Origin: Paragordius varius
Taxonomy: Eukaryota; Animalia; Nematomorpha
Length of the DNA stretch: 64,000 nt
Assembly (NCBI GenBank): GCA_964247055.1
Contig: OZ176058.1
Span: 3,100,001 to 3,164,000, forward strand
Direction of reading: 5' to 3'
Shown here piece by piece: positions 62,265 to 64,000 of the stretch. Within the stretch, counting starts at the first letter, position 1, and each line of letters begins with the position of its first letter. The position numbers were made by a program, and so were the translations under genes. The notes under the pieces are model-generated. The model did not search any database. It saw only the letters and a list, made by a program, of their open reading frames with translations, and had not been told where the DNA came from.

Positions 62265-62628
62265 CCATTTACAATTCAAATTCACCCTTGAACAATTCGA
62301 ATTCACCCTTGAACAATTGAAATTCACCCTTGAACAATTATTCACCCTAAAACAATTTAAATTTACCCTTAAACAATTCAAATTCACCCTTGAACAATAT
62401 AAGTTCACCTTAAAAATAAATTATGTGTTTTCGGGCAGCTAATTTAATTTAACATTAATATAAAATATATTCTTATAGCATAATTTATTATTTTTTCAGT
62501 ATTATTTTGATTTTAAAAAAAATTCATTTCATAAAATATAAAAAATATCGGTAATTGCTAATTTTAAAGATCACATAATTTATTTTAGGGTGAATTTGAA
62601 TTGTTCAAGGCTCAATTTGAACTGTAAA
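62265..62628. mobile_element. MITE family A with ~6 21-bp repeats on the left arm
   Basis: CCATTTACAATTCAAATTCACCCTTG(AACAATT..AATTCACCCTTG)n; right end degenerate; explains the spurious ORF 62254-62442. Confidence 0.75.
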
Positions 62629-63375
62629 TCGTGTAATTCCAATTATTTATAAGCCATTTTTTTCAATCAAAATTAATTATCTTTTTTCAAAAAATGTTTT
62701 TTTATCTATGAGGTTTAGTAATAATTTAAAACTATTAACCATGAATTGTAAGTTTGATTGAAAAAAAAATTAAAAATTATTTGAACTGATTTCCTTTTAT
62801 ATAAAAAAACTTGTCTAATTTTCTATGCCTTTTATGGTAATTAATTAGAATTAGCCTGACTATCTTAATTATTTTTTATTGTGAATAAAAAAACGCTTTT
62901 ATATGAAATTTGTCCAAAAAATTATTTAGTGTTATATCTTTTTACAGTATAGAATTGATTTAAGCGCTTGATTTATTTGTTTTTTGGACCCGTATTTTTT
63001 TAAATATTAACCATTTACAATTCAAATTCACCCTAAAATAAATTATGAAATTCGATACAACTCATGATTAAAATTAAATAAATTTTAATGGCAAAGTTTA
63101 TTATTTTTACAGTATCTTAATTACATACAAAATTTCTTTTTTAAAAATATAAAAAAATATAGGTAATATTTAATCAAAAACACATAATTTATTTTAGGGG
63201 GAATTTGAATCGTTTGAAGGTGAATTTGAATTGTTTAAGGGGGAATTTGAACTGCAGTGTCATAAAAATTGAAAATTTAAAGCGACAAAAGGTAAAAACA
63301 TAAAGACCAATATTTGTTACAAAAATCCGTAATACTTTTTTAATTATTTCATTGTTTTAAATTAGAAAATATGTA

Positions 63376-63646
63376 CAGTAAAAATTGAAATTATACGGAC
63401 AAAACGTAAAAATATAAAGACAAATATTTTTTTCTAAAAGACAACCATACTTTTTGAATCTTAATGTATCCCATATAAGCTATTTCAATTGTAAAATAAA
63501 AAATTGATTGTGTTAGTAATATATCTCTATTTCAGACTTTGCCATTTAATTGAAATAAATTAAAATTTAAAAAGTATGGTTGTCTTTTGAAAAAAAAATA
63601 TTGGTCTTTATTTTATATTTTGTCACTATAATTTTAGTTTTTACTA
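63376..63646. mobile_element. MITE family B, near-consensus left TIR
   Basis: TA|CAGTAAAAATTGAAATTATACGGACAAAACGTAAAAATATAAAGACAAATATTTTTTTCTAAAAGACAACCATACTTTTT ... TTTTAGTTTTTACTA|TA. Confidence 0.85.
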
Positions 63647-64000
63647 TAATAAAGATATAAATTGGATGCAATTACTAATTTTACAGTTAAATATACATAA
63701 TATATATGTATATATGTATATATGAATTTAGGTTTAAAATGGTTGCTTTTGAAAAAAATATTTGTCTTTATGTTTTTACGTTTTTTCTGAGTAATTATTT
63801 TAAATAACCGTATTTTAAACTATTTGACTAGTTATTTTTTAACTTTAAATATATCTATCCTTAGAAAATATACAATTTTTTTTATTTCAAGAGTTTTTAT
63901 CTAATGATTTTTATAATATATGATATTCACAAAATTATATATTTTTATTAACAAATTTTATAATTTTTTACATTTTTTAAAAAATTACAAATTTTTATAT

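Noticed and set aside
1-64000. Naming the organism, or calling rRNA/tRNA genes
   Set aside because: DHX9 architecture and NAPG intron pattern suggest an animal, but nothing here fixes the taxon; no cloverleaf or rRNA-like segment was recognised.

Overview
Very AT-rich eukaryotic genomic DNA, most likely from an invertebrate animal; the species cannot be identified from sequence alone. Manual splicing gives three intron-rich + strand genes. (1) A gamma-SNAP (NAPG) orthologue, 13 exons, 2740-17427, ~556 aa, with a ~200-aa low-complexity expansion before an acidic ...EFDLR tail. (2) An orphan secreted protein, 9 exons, 20323-32310, ~854 aa, built as basic / mucin-like acidic with repeated D-Y-Y motifs / basic blocks. 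(3) A DHX9 (RNA helicase A/Maleless)-family gene, at least 22 exons from 36770, continuing past the window. Its two dsRBDs and reading frame are intact, but helicase motifs Ia, II, III, V and VI are degenerate (DExH->DEVY, SAT->SSD, QRxGRAGR->LRSTLLNS). This candidate dsRNA-binding pseudo-helicase is the most striking feature. Introns are either ultra-short (28-31 nt, at gene 5' ends) or filled by at least six MITE/foldback families, with relics of Gypsy, mariner and Helitron elements and several tandem repeats. Almost all short ORFs in the supplied track are exon fragments or repeat artefacts. No rRNA, tRNA or CRISPR array was seen. Homology calls come from recalled family motifs, not database searches.
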